A DNA stretch of 64,000 nt, from the NCBI GenBank assembly GCA_009103225.1, contig RHPI01003642.1:669932-733931 (forward strand), given 5' to 3'. The translations under genes were made by a program, and so were the position numbers. Shown piece after piece: positions 1 to 15,584 of this stretch. Source of the stretch: Chlorokybus atmophyticus. Taxonomy: Eukaryota; Plantae; Mesostigma and Chlorokybus algae. The notes under the pieces were generated by a model. It had not been told where the DNA came from. It worked only from the letters and a program-made list of their open reading frames with translations, and ran no database searches. How positions within the stretch are numbered: position 1 is the first letter of the stretch; the number at the start of each line of letters is the position of its first letter.

Positions 1-74
1 CAACACTGAAACAGCAATAGTCAGTGTCAGGCATTAGGGGGCAACGGGCTGCTGACTACATGGCCCGTCCTCAC

Positions 75-537
75 CTTTTTCATCCATGTCCATGGCTCTA
101 ATCTTCTTGCGATTTAAGATTTTGATAGCAACTTTGTGGCCTGTGGGAATGTGTTCCGCAACCTGCACGTGTATAGACGTTACAAGGTCTTGAAATATCC
201 AGCTTGCGCTGACGAAGTTATGCGTACAGATATGCATTCTGTCAGGCAGTGTGCTGCACTACTCACTGCTCATGACCTTACATGTCAATGAATCGTAAGC
301 AATCTATAACATAACATAAAGATATGGTATCCAAACAGTGTAGCAAACTGGTGTGCAAGAGGTCCGATACCACCCATATCATGCGTCTTTGAAATGTTCT
401 CACAGTTGCAATGTGACTACCTTGACTTTGCCAAACGACCCAATCCCCAGCGTCTTGCCCAGCCTGTAGTTTGCCAGGACGGTGTGGTGGTGGCTGCCAT
501 CGCCGCTGGCGGCTGCCGACGCCGGTCCATTGTCCAT
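75..537 (-). CDS. SNRK1: SnRK1/SNF1/AMPK catalytic alpha subunit, first two exons (421-537, 75-162); gene runs off the left edge
   Basis: Spliced translation MDNGPASAAASGDGSHHHTVLANYRLGKTLGIGSFGKVK/VAEHIPTGHKVAIKILNRKKIRAMDMDEK: Gly-rich loop and VAIK lysine typical of plant SnRK1; canonical GT-AG junctions. Confidence 0.92.
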
Positions 538-1343
538 GTGTCACTCGACGTCCAACTTCCTGACTCAACTACTAGCAGCTGTGAAACCAGCGCTGCTGTG
601 CTGTTGTGTGCAACGCTCTGCGCGCTTCAAGCCCCAAAAGGCATTGCGAAAAGCACTCACTAAACACCATCAAACCCTCCACGACGCAGCAAGAAAGCTG
701 CAAATGCACCCCGTCTGCGTTAACCCTTCACAGCCAAGCCACCAAACCCTATTCACACCGTCGCCGCTTCATCATGCCCCTAGCAACAGCGACAGCACAG
801 CCTGTGTGGCGAGCAGAGAGTAGCGTGTTTGTGGTCCTTCAATGGCCGCCCTCACTGATGCCAAGCAGGCTTTGCGCCAGCACTCGACCTCGACCGCCTC
901 ACCACCAATCAACACGCTACCCACGCCCACAAGCAGCAAGCACACTCCACTGCCACCGCAAACAGCCTACGCTGCAGACCAAACCCGCGCGCTGCTTCGC
1001 CCACTCCGCCACCACCCTCCCGCCCGCACCACCGCCGCCGCCACCACCACCCAGGGCGACGCTGCCACCAGCAAAGTCCCCAATCCGGTCAGTCTCCCTC
1101 GAGCCGGAATCAGGACCTCGGCCAGCTGCAAGCTGATTGGCTGGGCTGTGAACTTTTGCACCAGCAGCAAAATGCGGGTGCGCTTGCAGCCGTCCGATGG
1201 CAGATATCTCTTTAGCCATCTCTAGCCTTTGGCACTGTCCGTGGCGTGGGCGGTGTCGGTGTAGGTGTGAGCGGCGGCGGTGACGGTGGCAGTGCAGGTG
1301 GTGTTAGAGATAGAGGGTTGGTGGTGTTGGAGAGCTGGTCATC

Positions 1344-2507
1344 ATGGAGGCGGTTTCGACGCGCGTGTTCATGTCCTCAGTGGCTGTGAGCAGCAGCGCG
1401 AGGTGCAGCGGCGCTTGCTCGCATCCGAGCAGGAGCAATGTAGAGGCTGCTTCGGCTGTAAGCAGACGGGGTGCTTTCTGCGGGCAGCAGGTTACAGGGC
1501 GGCCGCACAGCGCGTCGTTGCATAGCTCCCCAGCTGCTGCTTCCGCTTCGCCTCGAAGAACTCCCACAGTGGCCGCTGTGAGGGTGTCCACTGCACGCAC
1601 CGTCGTCCTCACCGCTACGCTTGTCGCTAAGGAAGGCGCCCGCGACGAAGTTATGCAGCTCTGCAAGGACGTTGTCAACAGGACCAAAGAAACGCAGGTA
1701 TGACCACTTACGCTGTTGAACAATGTCTGCAATGAGACCCGACATGCACTTCATGCGCCTACGCCTGCTCTCCCATTGCTTACTGCACGTTACAGCGTGG
1801 ATTTCTCTTGTTCAAAGGAATCCTGCTGTAGTGTGCGCTGCTTTTGTGCCCCATGATGCTGCATGCGTGCTGCGTGCATGTCTCGTGGCATTCATTTGTT
1901 GCGTCATGCAGATGCAGCCGGGTTCAAAGAGTGGCGTCATTAGCTACGAGTGCAGCGAGGATGGGTATGAGCCAGGCGTTTTCCACTTCTGGGAGCGCTA
2001 CACAAGCCAGCAAACCATGACGGCGCACCTACAGTCAGAAGAGCACAAGACCTTTGTTGACCAGGCAAGGTTTCAAACGGCTATCAACCGGGGTTGGCCA
2101 ACCGCCGCATGAGTTATTTACCGATTGATGTGCAGGTGGCAAAGCTGCTCTCCAAGCCAATTGCTATGTGTCTGTATGAGTACAAGGACGGCCAATTGGG
2201 ACCAGTTGCTTATCCTCTGGGTAAGTTGTTGCCTCGCTTTGTTGATTGACAAGGGTGAAGACACAGACCCCGACAGTTACAAACAGTGACGAACACCACT
2301 AGTGTCGGGTGGCTTGATAATCACATGTTGAATGCAGGCCCCAAGGGTGAAGGAGGTCTGGATGATGCCACCGGCCAGGGCGGTATGGCAGGTGGTGCAG
2401 GCATGAAGCAGCACGCGCAGGTAGACCTCGGAATGGTGGAGCGGGACTCTTGGGGACTGGACAAGATGCTGAAGAGCATGACCAGCATTTTGGGCGGGAA
2501 GAAGTAG
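1344..2507 (+). CDS. Putative plastid-targeted ABM (antibiotic biosynthesis monooxygenase / dimeric alpha-beta barrel) domain protein, 4 exons
   Basis: Ser/Ala/Arg-rich transit-like N-terminus, then VVLTATLVAKEGARDEV...YECSEDGYEPGVFHFWERYTSQQTMTAHLQSEEHKTF (ABM pattern). Exons about 1344-1697, 1912-2064, 2136-2220, 2339-2507; TGTAA at 2559. Confidence 0.75.
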
Positions 2508-4562
2508 GCATGATAGACATTGTTTGTTTTGGCGCGTTTACATAGCAGCAATACACAGTGTAAACAATACTGCGTGTGAAATGCGGCGCGGCTGCGCACA
2601 TGCATATTACTTGAACAGTGTGTGTGAAGAGCTTGGACTGGAATTTGATACACAGGGCACCTGCAATAGTGCACTCTTACTCACCAAGCCTAGACATACA
2701 TATGGCCTGTAGCAACAGTCCAAGCAAGTGCCAGATCAAGAAATTGCGATACTAAGACAACTGCAGTGCACTATGTGCAATGCGCAGGTTATTAATCACA
2801 TTTTCTACCATGCAGTCTGCGCTCACACATCTATCAAGCTATGCACACCACAGGCAAGGTAAGATACGGTGCGGCAAGCAGGTGGGCGCAGTGACATGAC
2901 ACTTGGAGTCATCACGTTACATATACTCAGTGCCCTTATGTGCTATGCAATGCGTAGGCAAGGACAATTGTGGTAGACTTACAGGTAATTAGCAGGCAGC
3001 ATGAAGGCGCCTTGCCGTGGTGGTCGATGTGGTGAGTGTTGGTGGTGTTGGTTGCATTGATGTGCACGTAGGTATGCATTCGCTCTTGCAACTTTTGTAC
3101 AATGCATATGGTATATGCCATAGGGCAAAGAAGCAATCCAAATGCACAACAAGCAGCACCGCAAGCAGCAGCAAGCCAGCAAGCTGGACACAAAGACAGG
3201 CAAGAGCAAGACTTCAATTACTACAGGGGGCTTTACAACTATGTGCACTACATGCACTACGTGCTTTAGGCGGGGCATGCATGCAATATGACTTATACCC
3301 TATGCATGTGTGGTAGGGTGCAGTGTAAGACCCGCTCGCACAAGCTTAGACACTGACTACACTTGGCAAGGGCAAGAGAGTAGGGAAACACAAGTGTTAG
3401 CAACGCAGCAATAAGTAAGTAATAGTGAATGCGAGTTAATATGCAGTCTACCAGCTGTTAACACAATCTCAAAGCGCTCGTGCAACAACTCGGTTGTTGC
3501 GCAACATTTGCAATCCCTAACCTTAACTCACCACAACAATGCAAATGCGTTGCAGGATTAATATAACAAAGTCTTGATACAATGCAAGTCGTCATCGCTC
3601 CATCACGCGGCCGTTGCTGTGCAGGTTGTCCTCTCGTCTATTGCGTGCCCTTGCTTTGCCCTACCTTTTTATTACGTTAGGCCTCTTTCTACGTATACTA
3701 CTAGGGTCTTTGTTGCGTCTAGCTGAGTCTAGAACGTTGTTCAGACCTATCGTGGTGGATTGTAGTCCAGCTGTGTAAGTTGCGACATCTGCAACTTGCA
3801 AAAGTACACAACAATATATATAAGTTTAACAAAGAATGCGAACGCAAATGACGCGTGTGCGTTTGAATATCGCAACCCTCGCGTGAAGTGTCAAAAGTTA
3901 ACTATTGTGCGTTTGGTGACTTAACGCACACAACCCATCAACATGTATGTTTTATAATCAACATAAATACGTCAATAAAAGAGCAGTTATGAGCATGTTT
4001 TCAACAGACTTATCGTAACTTCGCTGCAAGATGTTTATGTGATTAAGACTATCTACGAAATGCAATAGAGACCTGACGCGTGGTCTTACTGTGTGCTTCA
4101 ATAACCATTTCACATAAGTTCGAGTAAAGCTGCGTGGGATATTCTGTGGCAGGGGCTATGCAAAAAGTAGTGAAAATTGTCACAGCATTAATGGCCTCGT
4201 CGTCATAGGCTGCAAATATTCGCGACGTCAAACGCAACTTTATTGGGGATTTTTATGACAGCGCCGCCGGTACTCAACATATCACCCCACGAAGCCTAAT
4301 TCGGCGGTGTACGAAATCAATTATAAAAGCACACTGCATTCATTATATAATAACTAACTTTATGATGTACACCTATTGATTATTATTTAACAAAACAATG
4401 CATAATGTTGCATTTAACTTAAGAGAAAAAATTGTTCGCATTCTGTTTGTAAGTGTGACCGCTTGTATTTCATATGTTTCAATATGTTTACTTAGCCGAT
4501 CCGCACAACATGCTTGATAGGTTGTATTTATTAGTAGCATATTACAACATGTCATTGAATTG

Positions 4563-5465
4563 TGAGGGCGCGACATCGATGACAGCAACGGTGGCGAAGA
4601 CATGTATGCCCACGTTGCCATGGAGTAAAGCGGCAACCTCACCCGTGGTCCATAATATTGGGGTCAGCACAATCGCGCCTCAGCTTGGCTCTCACACATG
4701 GGCGCCGCGACGGAGGCAGTGAGCTTAAAAGCACACAACCATTTCACCACTGCAGCTTTTGTCATACATGCGCGACTACTGTATGTGCAATTATATGTAC
4801 CAAAGTGAAGAAAAGCACTTTGCTGCTGAACATGCACAAACGGGGTGTTTCGTCAGCTATGACCACCTGCATTTACACGCGCATGTAACCTTTTTTAACA
4901 ATCTATTATGTGATATATACAACTCTTGATAATGTTGGCAAACTTGAAAACATGATGCATAATGCTGCGTCAGATTGTGAAGATGTTTGAAAATTGTTTG
5001 TCTTAAGTTGCTATAAGGTATCATATGATATCAACTTGAAGTGGGAGATCGCTTTCAAATTGTTAGTTTTAATATGTTTGCTTATTTAATGTAATTATCT
5101 TAAGCATAGAACATGCATATGCCATTTAAGTGGTGAGGGCGCGACATAGATGTAACAATGATGGTGTCAAAGATTGTATGCTCACATCATTACACGTTTA
5201 AAGCGGCAACCTCACTCGTGGTCCACAATATTAAGGTCAGCATTTTTGAGCCTCAGCTCGGCTCTTACACACATGAACGCAGCGACGGAGGCAATGAGCT
5301 CAAAAGCACACAACCATTTGGCAGCCGCAGCTCTTATCATACAAGGGCGCCTATTGCGTGTGTGTAATAGTACGCACAAAATTGAAGAAAAGCAGATTGC
5401 TAGTGAACATTATATGCACAAGCAGGGTGTCCCGACAGCCATGACCACCTGCATTCACGCGCATG
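4563..5465. repeat. Diverged direct repeat, two ~330 bp copies (4563-4890, 5134-5465), period ~575 bp
   Basis: Shared colinear blocks TGAGGGCGCGACAT, GCGGCAACCTCAC.CGTGGTCCA, GCGACGGAGGCA.TGAGCT.AAAAGCACACAACCATTT, ATGACCACCTGCATT. Confidence 0.8.
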
Positions 5466-5855
5466 CAAGTCTCTCCCAAACAGAGTCAATCAATTATTGA
5501 GATCATCGCACATTTTACACGGTGACTGATAAGAGACTCAGGACTGTCGAATGCCTGACCCTATCTGACCCTAACGGACCTAACGACTTCGACCACAAAG
5601 GGAATAAATGAACTGAGCCGTCAGTGGCGTGTCGATTATAGTGTCGATTATAGTCTCAGTCGACGCGGGCCGAATTGACGTTGTCGAACTTTGACGGTAA
5701 AAGTGCCTGTCGACGTCGACATGAGACAACCGTTCAACAGTTCGAGCGGGATGGACTTGTTGTCTGAGAATCACAATGTGATTTAGGGTTGGTGGGCACA
5801 AGGACATCTACATGGCGGCAAAAAGAAGTGGCGCCGGCGGGAGAAGCACAAAGAC

Positions 5856-5863
5856 AAACCCTA
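5856..5863 (+). promoter_or_regulatory. Telo-box-like AAACCCTA upstream of the enoyl-CoA hydratase gene
   Basis: Exact motif ~370 bp before the ATG; the same motif recurs upstream of purA, importin alpha and RPB9. Confidence 0.35.
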
Positions 5864-6236
5864 AATCCCACACAATGAACAGGCACTGTCGATGTCGACG
5901 CGCGTCGGCGCCTCCAAACGTGTCATGCTCAGTCGACCTCGACATGAGATGACCGATCCACCTCTGTCAGCATCGACAGAACCCAACAGCCTGTTGCCTG
6001 TCATCGTCGACACGCGCTCAATTGTTGACATTGCTGAGTTAATACTTGCCTCACCAGCACTGCTCCGGCTCCCCGACTGCAAAGGGCCTGTCACAGCTTG
6101 TGGTGACCGGCTGACGTCAGCAGCCGAGGTGCCACCTCGGATAAGCTCAAAAGCGAAATGCAACGCTGCTCGCACTTGTCGCGCTTCTGTCCGCCGAGCG
6201 GCGGCGGTGGACGGTGACATCGTCTTCCGCGACACC

Positions 6237-7841
6237 ATGGAGGGCGGCTCGTTGGTAGCGGTTGAACGCCGTGAGCACGTCGCCATCGTGACGTTGAACC
6301 GGCCCGCCGCCCTTAACGCGCTCACCGTGGGCATGATTCAGGAGCTGGCCGCAGTGTTCCGGGAGCTGAAAACGGACGCCACGCTGTGCTGCGCCGTCCT
6401 CACCGGCGCCGGAAAGGCCTTCTGTGCCGGTGTGGTAAGACCTGAGTGTCTGACATTGTTGCGTACGCGTTGCATACCTGGGCCAACGCATGTGTAGTTC
6501 CCGTTTGGAGAGTGCGTACGTTCTTCCACACAACAGTTGGCTCGCTACTGCGACAGCAGCAATGCCGGCGCACACACCAACGACTCGACTGTACTGTAAA
6601 GGCTCATGTCAATATGCGCACTAGGCTTTCGTGCATACATCACAATTACATGTGTTCCTCCCCCTTTGCCATTCCAGCGAGATTTGAACATGGAAGTGAC
6701 CTGCGCCACGCTATGTTCATGCTGGGCATCGAAGTAGCGCGATTGCACAAGTACAAGAACGTGTATGTAGCTGTGATCAGAAAGCCTTTTCTATTGTTGT
6801 GACAAACCGCACACCATGCAATCTGCAATGCTTGCAACACAGCTTGCATGCCTATCGCCACGGTGCATGAGTTCGGTCGATTGGTTGTACTCATTGCACC
6901 GGCAGCATTGCAGCCAGACTCAGTGCATTGGCAAATACCTTGCATGTACACTGGCCAACCACGCTTCATTTTGGCTGCCACTTCGGGGTATGCCCACAGA
7001 AAAATACGCTGCGTCCCACGCGCTTTTCCATTGTCAGGTCACAAGCAGATCAGCTAACTCTGCTGCTTTACGATTGAACAGGATCTGACCGCCGGCCAGT
7101 CTGTCTTCCAAGGAGGCTACCGTGATCCAGAAACGGACCCCGTTGCACAGATGGAGGCCTGTCCTTTCCCAATTATTGGAGCTGTAAATGGTGCTGCATA
7201 CACTGGCGGATTTGAGCTAGCACTCGCTTGCGATGTACTTGTGGCCTCATCCAGTGCCAAGTTTGCTGACACGCATGTGAAGTTTGGAGTTATGCCAGGG
7301 TAAGATTAAACCATAACTTGGTGTTAGCTGCTGCACAGATGGCAAAGTTGTGCGGACAGGCTTATGCTTGCCAGTTTATGCGCAGTTGGGGTTTGTCACA
7401 GAAGCTCTCGCGGTTAATAGGTGCTAACCGCGCTCGCGAAGTGTCCTTCACTGCGCAGCCTATTGATGGAGCGCTGGCAGAGAGATGGGGCTTGGTCAGC
7501 AGAGTGGTCGCCCCTTCAGAGCTTATGCCTACTGCGCTCAGCATTGCAGCGAGCATATGCAGCAATGTGCCTGACCTTGTGCGGCGCTACAAGTCTGTGC
7601 TGAACGATGGACTCAGCTTGCCACTTGGCGAAGCAAGGCAGCTTGAACGGGTGAGGATGCAATCCTGTAGGTCCATCTTGTGCTTACTGCGTTCATTCTG
7701 CCCGCACTCCCTGACTATTTTACCTTGCTGCAGGATCGGGCCGCAGACTATTACTCCAACATGACTCCAGATCAATTCAAGGCCATGCAGGATTTCATCC
7801 AACAGAGGTCGAAGTCGCAGTCTGCAAGGTCGAAGCTATGA
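6237..7841 (+). CDS. Peroxisomal enoyl-CoA hydratase/isomerase (crotonase family, plant ECHIA-like), 4 exons
   Basis: VTLNRPAALNAL...GAGKAFCAGV/DL...PIIGAVNGAAYTGGFELALACD...FADTHVKFGVMPG/WGLSQKLSRLIGANRAREVSFT; last exon ends ARSKL-stop (PTS1). Exons 6237-6434, 7082-7299, 7386-7650, ~7734-7841. Confidence 0.93.
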
Positions 7842-8738
7842 AAATACCAACAGTTACTCGTCGTTCCTCAGATGGCGTTTTGTGCTGCAAACACACATTG
7901 CTTGTGCAATGCTTCCTAGCAGCAGGGTGTTAGCAAGGCTGCAGGCCACAGCCTGGGAATGCCATGGCATTGGCGTCCTCTATTGCAAATCCTGCGCATG
8001 CTGCAAAACTCATGCTAGTCGCTTATGCATTGTAGACCTCTCTGTACCACTACACAACTATCTGACATGAGCTGTCATGCTAAAAGATGCCATAGTGCCA
8101 CTCCACGCGCATGCCCACGCAGTTACAAGCAATCAAGCAGCAGCTGTCGTACTGTGTACATCAACCTCTAGTCTACTACGCACATGCAAGGTATTGCATG
8201 GTCATACATGACATCATGCACATATTTCATCAAGCAAATGAGCATACGCATGTGATTAGATGCCTGCACCGGGTACTATGACTAGCGCACACTCTATACT
8301 ACCCACCCCGCTAGACATGGCAGTCAACATGCAGTCCATGTTTACCTGCAACACGCCAAGGTGTGGGTACCTATACCAAGCACTGATGCACTTCATGTTT
8401 GAGTTGATGCAACCGCGCGATGGCCAGGCTATATCGCGTCGACAGTATACTATACTCTGGTCCAGCATCATGCAGGGAATGCAAGGGCGTTGTGGCATTG
8501 GTTCCCACAAACAGTTGATGACCCACTTTCAGCGCGCCCACCATGGCCACCAGGCGCCATAGCAACATCTGAGTGCAGTGCTGAGGGCGAAAGACATTGA
8601 GAAACCATGCACCTCAGCAATGCAGAAGGCATACACAGGTAGAACTGCACACAATAATGACAACAACCACAGGTTGTAATGGATACCATTGTTCTCTTCC
8701 AGCAAGCGCAATACATGCCACGCAGGCATAAAGATTGA

Positions 8739-11165
<2,427 letters not shown>

Positions 11166-11317
11166 TGCCACCGTCCTGTCGTCCCTGGAAATTTGCAGGT
11201 CAGGTTCTGTCAGCACTCGACGCAGCGCCTGTCTACCAGCCCATCCCAGCACCGCCCTCTACACGGGCACCGCCGCCGACACCGCCGCCGGCGAGCAAAG
11301 AGACGCCAGGGCGCCGG

Positions 11318-11326
11318 AAACCCTAA
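11318..11326 (+). promoter_or_regulatory. Telo-box-like AAACCCTAA in the purA / GRAM-gene divergent promoter
   Basis: Motif in the 460 bp GC-rich head-to-head spacer, with GCCCA/TGGCCCA site-II-like motifs near 11380-11397. Confidence 0.4.
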
Positions 11327-11627
11327 CTCTAACGAACCGGATCCAATAAGGGAAATTAGTCAATCGGGATCGTCCGACGCCCAAGCGTGGCCCAAGTGGC
11401 GTAATAATCAGAGCCACTGTAACACGTCAGGTGGTCAGTGCAGCGCTTATCGCCGCCTGTATAGGCGGGAAAGGCTGGGAGGCGGGGGATAAAGCTTGGT
11501 GGGTTCTTGTTCTTGTTCTTGCCCTTGTTGTGCTCATTGTAGGCGTGCGCTGCGTGCTTGTGCTAGGGTCGGCTTCTCGCCGGACTGGAACTCTGGGAGA
11601 GGGAAGCCTGGTGGTGTGGTCAGGGCG

Positions 11628-13572
11628 ATGCCGGCCGGCGACCCCGGCCTGAGCTTAGATTCGGACTGGGAGGCGGTGGAGGCGGTAAAGGACTCGGACG
11701 TTGAGGACGCCATGGTGAGCCCCTCTGCAACAGCGGAGCCACCACCTCCTGAGGCGCAGGAGGCGGAGGTAGCAATTGGCACAGACGACGACAACGACGA
11801 CCTTGACGACCGTGGCGGCGACGACAAGAATGACGGCGCTGGCCAGCGCAGTCGTGGTGAGGGCGCCGCAGCCGACAGCCAGCAATTGCCGTCCCCTCAA
11901 GCTGCCGCCGCCACCTCTGAGCCCGCGCAAACACAAGACGACCAAGACAAGCCGCAGGTTGAGGCCGGCAGCGCAGCAGACGCGCCACCTCTAGGTACTT
12001 GTCTTTTGTACTTGTAGTTGCCACTTTGACATAGTCAATTCTCAAGCATAGCATTTCGTGTAATTCTGCATGTTTGGTACCAATGCAGTGACAGCCAATC
12101 ACTCTTGCGTGAAGAGTTTGCGCAAACATTGCTGTGTGTAAGTCCAAAGAGTGTGTGCACCAGCGTAACTTGCCTTAACTGACTACAATAGCACACCACA
12201 AGTTGAGCAAATCTTGATCCTCAGGTCCCACCTTGGCGGGTTGGGATGCTGCGCTGGGGGGTGATGCCTGGTTGGCGGGCGGAGCGACCCCGCATGGAGA
12301 GCGGGATTGGCAAGAAGTTGAGGAGGTGCTGTTCTGTCCATAGCTTCTTGTGAGATCACTTGCAATGCCCCGGTAGTGTTTGTGCCAATAGCCGATTGCA
12401 AAGCAGATGCAGCGAACTGCGCAAGAATTCGCAGCGGATGTAGCAGTCATGGCTGCGGCAGCTCGCAAGGAGGCTGCAGCTGCTGTGAGCAAGGTATGAC
12501 TTCCACAAAGCATACATCCCTTGTGTTGCATGTAGGCAAGGGGTGCAATTTGGTTTGGTGATGTTCAGAGCGTCTTCGTTGCAGCTGTCTTGAGTAGCAT
12601 TGTGGTCACATTTAACGTTGCAGTGAATGTCTGTGGTTTGAATGCAACATATGTGCACTTACAGGGCGAGCAGTTGGTCGTCGAGGGCATGAGGCGGCTC
12701 GAGCAGACAGCACCCGGCCTCAAGAATGTGGCACAGGGTTTGGGAACCAAGCTCACCAGCTGGTGGAGCCATTTTGACCCTGTGCCAACAGCAGCTAGCG
12801 AACCAGCGGCAAGCCCATCCACCCGCCAGCGTCGGCTTGAAGCAGACCCCAGGGTGTTGCAGTCCGTCTTCAACCTTCCAGTCGAAGAGCACCTGTTGGA
12901 AGGTGTGTGATGCGAGGCGGTTCGTTGGCTGTTATCACTGTGGCCATCTGAGAGGTTGCATGCAGTTCAGTTGGTTCCAGTCATGTTTGACAAGCTGACA
13001 TTGTTTGTGCTGCACAGCATTCCGTTGCAAGCTTTTGCAAACATACCGCTGCGCGCACAATGGATACACTCCAGATATCCAAATGGCGTTTCAAGGCACA
13101 CTATACATAAGTGATAAGCATGTCTGCTTTCATATAGAAGAGCGCGGCCGGCGCCTGCCAGTAAGGACCAAAAACGACACGAGCTTCGATACATGCCATG
13201 TGTTGCAACAGTCCTGGCTTAGGGTCTCATGCTGCGATGTCTGATGAGCGTTGTGCCTGTATAAGGTGGTGGTTGAGCATGCACAAGTTACCAGTGTGTT
13301 GCGACAAGCGGCTCGCGCTAAAGGGGAGTCAGACATTCTCAAGTTGGAGTTACAGAATGCCGAATCTGTAAGTGGTCAAGCACTGCACCCCAACTTCTCA
13401 TGATTTGACTGCATGGTCGAGAGGTCCTTGGTGTATCGCATTTCGCATGTCTCGTCACCTCATAACCAATGCCTGTTGCCTGAACACACAGATCAGCATG
13501 CGCGACTTTGAAGGCAAGGACTTGGAGAGTGCACATGCACTTCTGGAGCATATGTGTGAGCCTGCAGAGTAA
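11628..13572 (+). CDS. GRAM-domain protein with acidic disordered N-terminus, ~7 exons
   Basis: LQSVFNLPVEEHLLE/AFRCKLLQTY...AFQGTLYISDKHVCFHIE matches the GRAM/PH-like pattern; reading frame kept across splice sites to HMCEPAE-stop; TGTAA at 13922. Confidence 0.75.
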
Positions 13573-15239
13573 CAGCAGAAAGCATCTGTGCTCCACATCA
13601 AGCAACGACGCAGCTGCAATAATCAGGCGTCTCTGGGGGCCAAGCACCAATGCCTTGATTGCCTTGTTCAAAATTCCCAAATCACTCATTTCAGCACTGT
13701 TGCTCCCTTCCAAGTCCTCCTCATCGTACTCTCCTCTCAAATGGCCTGCCCTGCTCCTGTTGCACTCGACAGAAAACCGGAGAGCACGGTTGCTTGCAAC
13801 GCTGGAAGCATGTATATATGCTATGTGGATGATACGCAGCCAACACAGGTTGCGCAGATGATGGTGCCTGGCCATGATTTGCTTAGGTGCATGTACATTC
13901 CCAAGTGTCGTGCAGAGTTTGTGTAATGCGGTGTCTGGGATGGGCTGTTCACGCGTGATACGTTCTAAACAGGGGGAGGGACTAGCCCCGCATAGTCATT
14001 GAAACGCAAATAACAATGGTTGGCGCTCACATGATTGAATCAAAGGACCTTTACATACTGTGCATGCACAACCAACTCACATTGCATAAATGAAACAATA
14101 ACCAAGTCTCTCTGTCACACACACATAGTACTATTACGGCAAATATGGCCATGTATATTACTGAATGACAATGTAACATCAGAAGATACGTTGTGATTCA
14201 GAAATATTATACAAAAAAACATGCCAATACGCTGTCGCACTTGCAAAACTGATTATCAAAGTGGCATGGCTACAGGTCTCAATATTGAAATACAACTGTT
14301 GCAAGTTGAGCCCTTGGCCCACTATACTACTCTGCCAGGCTGATACTATGTGCATGATGGAGAATGGCCGCAAAGGGTTTATGAACTTTCTCAAGTGGTA
14401 AGGTGCCAGCTTGAAATCATATAAATCCTTTTTTATATTATATTCATACCAATCAACTCTGCAATCCCACTATGCACCTCATTTTCACTCATATGCAATT
14501 CACGCGTGATCATGTCAAAAACCCGTACCGATACTGAACCGTAGTACTGCACGCGCAATGTGCATCATGACGAATTTTGGAATTTCAAATGCCCCAACCA
14601 ATTGACAACTTTCCAATCACTGTTACTCATGTTGATTGCTTGCAAGACATGCAACAATAGAAATCATTCACTGCATCTGTGGTGACCCTGTGACATGCGG
14701 GTTGCTAATGACAACCACCTTATGAAACCAAAATGTGTTTGACAACCTTCATCACTTAATTGGCTGAAATTGGCAGTAACTACCTGCACACGCGTTCATG
14801 TTGATGCACGTATGCTGCTGCTCATGTTGTGGCCCATATTGTGCTGAATGGCAAATAAGTTGCAATTGTGACACGCTGTAACACTCGTGCGCAAACAAGC
14901 AATGCGGAATGTAGGTTAGGGAGGAAGAGATGCGCTGACGTGATTGCACAAACCTTATGTGCACAAACAATGACACATGCAGCATTTGTAAGCAACGCAC
15001 CAGGTGACAACTTACGATCACACACACTCGCAGCTGCATAATGCAATTAATTGCTGCGTGACACACAAGGTCATGCAGCTTAACAATTAAAGCCACTATG
15101 ACAGGTTGCAATTCGTCTAATACAATGCAATGAACGCTATCACTTCCCTGCCAGAGGCGAAGACACATGCTGTGACCCATGAAATGCAAATGAGTACTAG
15201 TGACACGACCGGCGGGACTTGGACAAGTACCAGATCACC

Positions 15240-15300
15240 CATGCCATGCTGCCATGCCATGCCGTGCCGCCATGCCATGCCGTGCCATGCCATGCTGTGC
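15240..15300. repeat. Imperfect (CCATG/CCGTG)n pentanucleotide microsatellite
   Basis: ATGCCATGCTGCCATGCCATGCCGTGCCGCCATGCCATGCCGTGCCATGCCATG. Confidence 0.85.
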
Positions 15301-15584
15301 ATGTGCCGAACAATGCAGATTGCAAATGCAATGCCTAGTGCGTCCAGCTGTTCCACTCCGCCTTAGAGTTGTGTCACCATGCTTGATGCCGCAACTTGGC
15401 CTCCACCAAGCGCCACCAAGCTCCTGATTGCTGCAGGGAGCCAGCCAGACGGAACTCGCTTGTTGCACGACGGGAGAGGAAGCAACACACTGTGTGCCCT
15501 ACAGCGCAGCAACCGCTATTGGGTGACGGCAACTGCACTCAGTCCATGCACTCTGCAAGTAATGCTTACCACTTCTGACCGCGC

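Noticed and set aside
606-1225. Pro/Thr-rich ORFs between SnRK1 and the ABM gene
   Set aside because: Low-complexity GC-rich promoter/UTR DNA open in several frames, with no recognisable domain.
5892-6236. Long N-terminal extension of the enoyl-CoA hydratase
   Set aside because: Family similarity begins at ATG 6237 and the protein already has a PTS1; the upstream frame overlaps the TCGA-rich tract and is probably non-coding.
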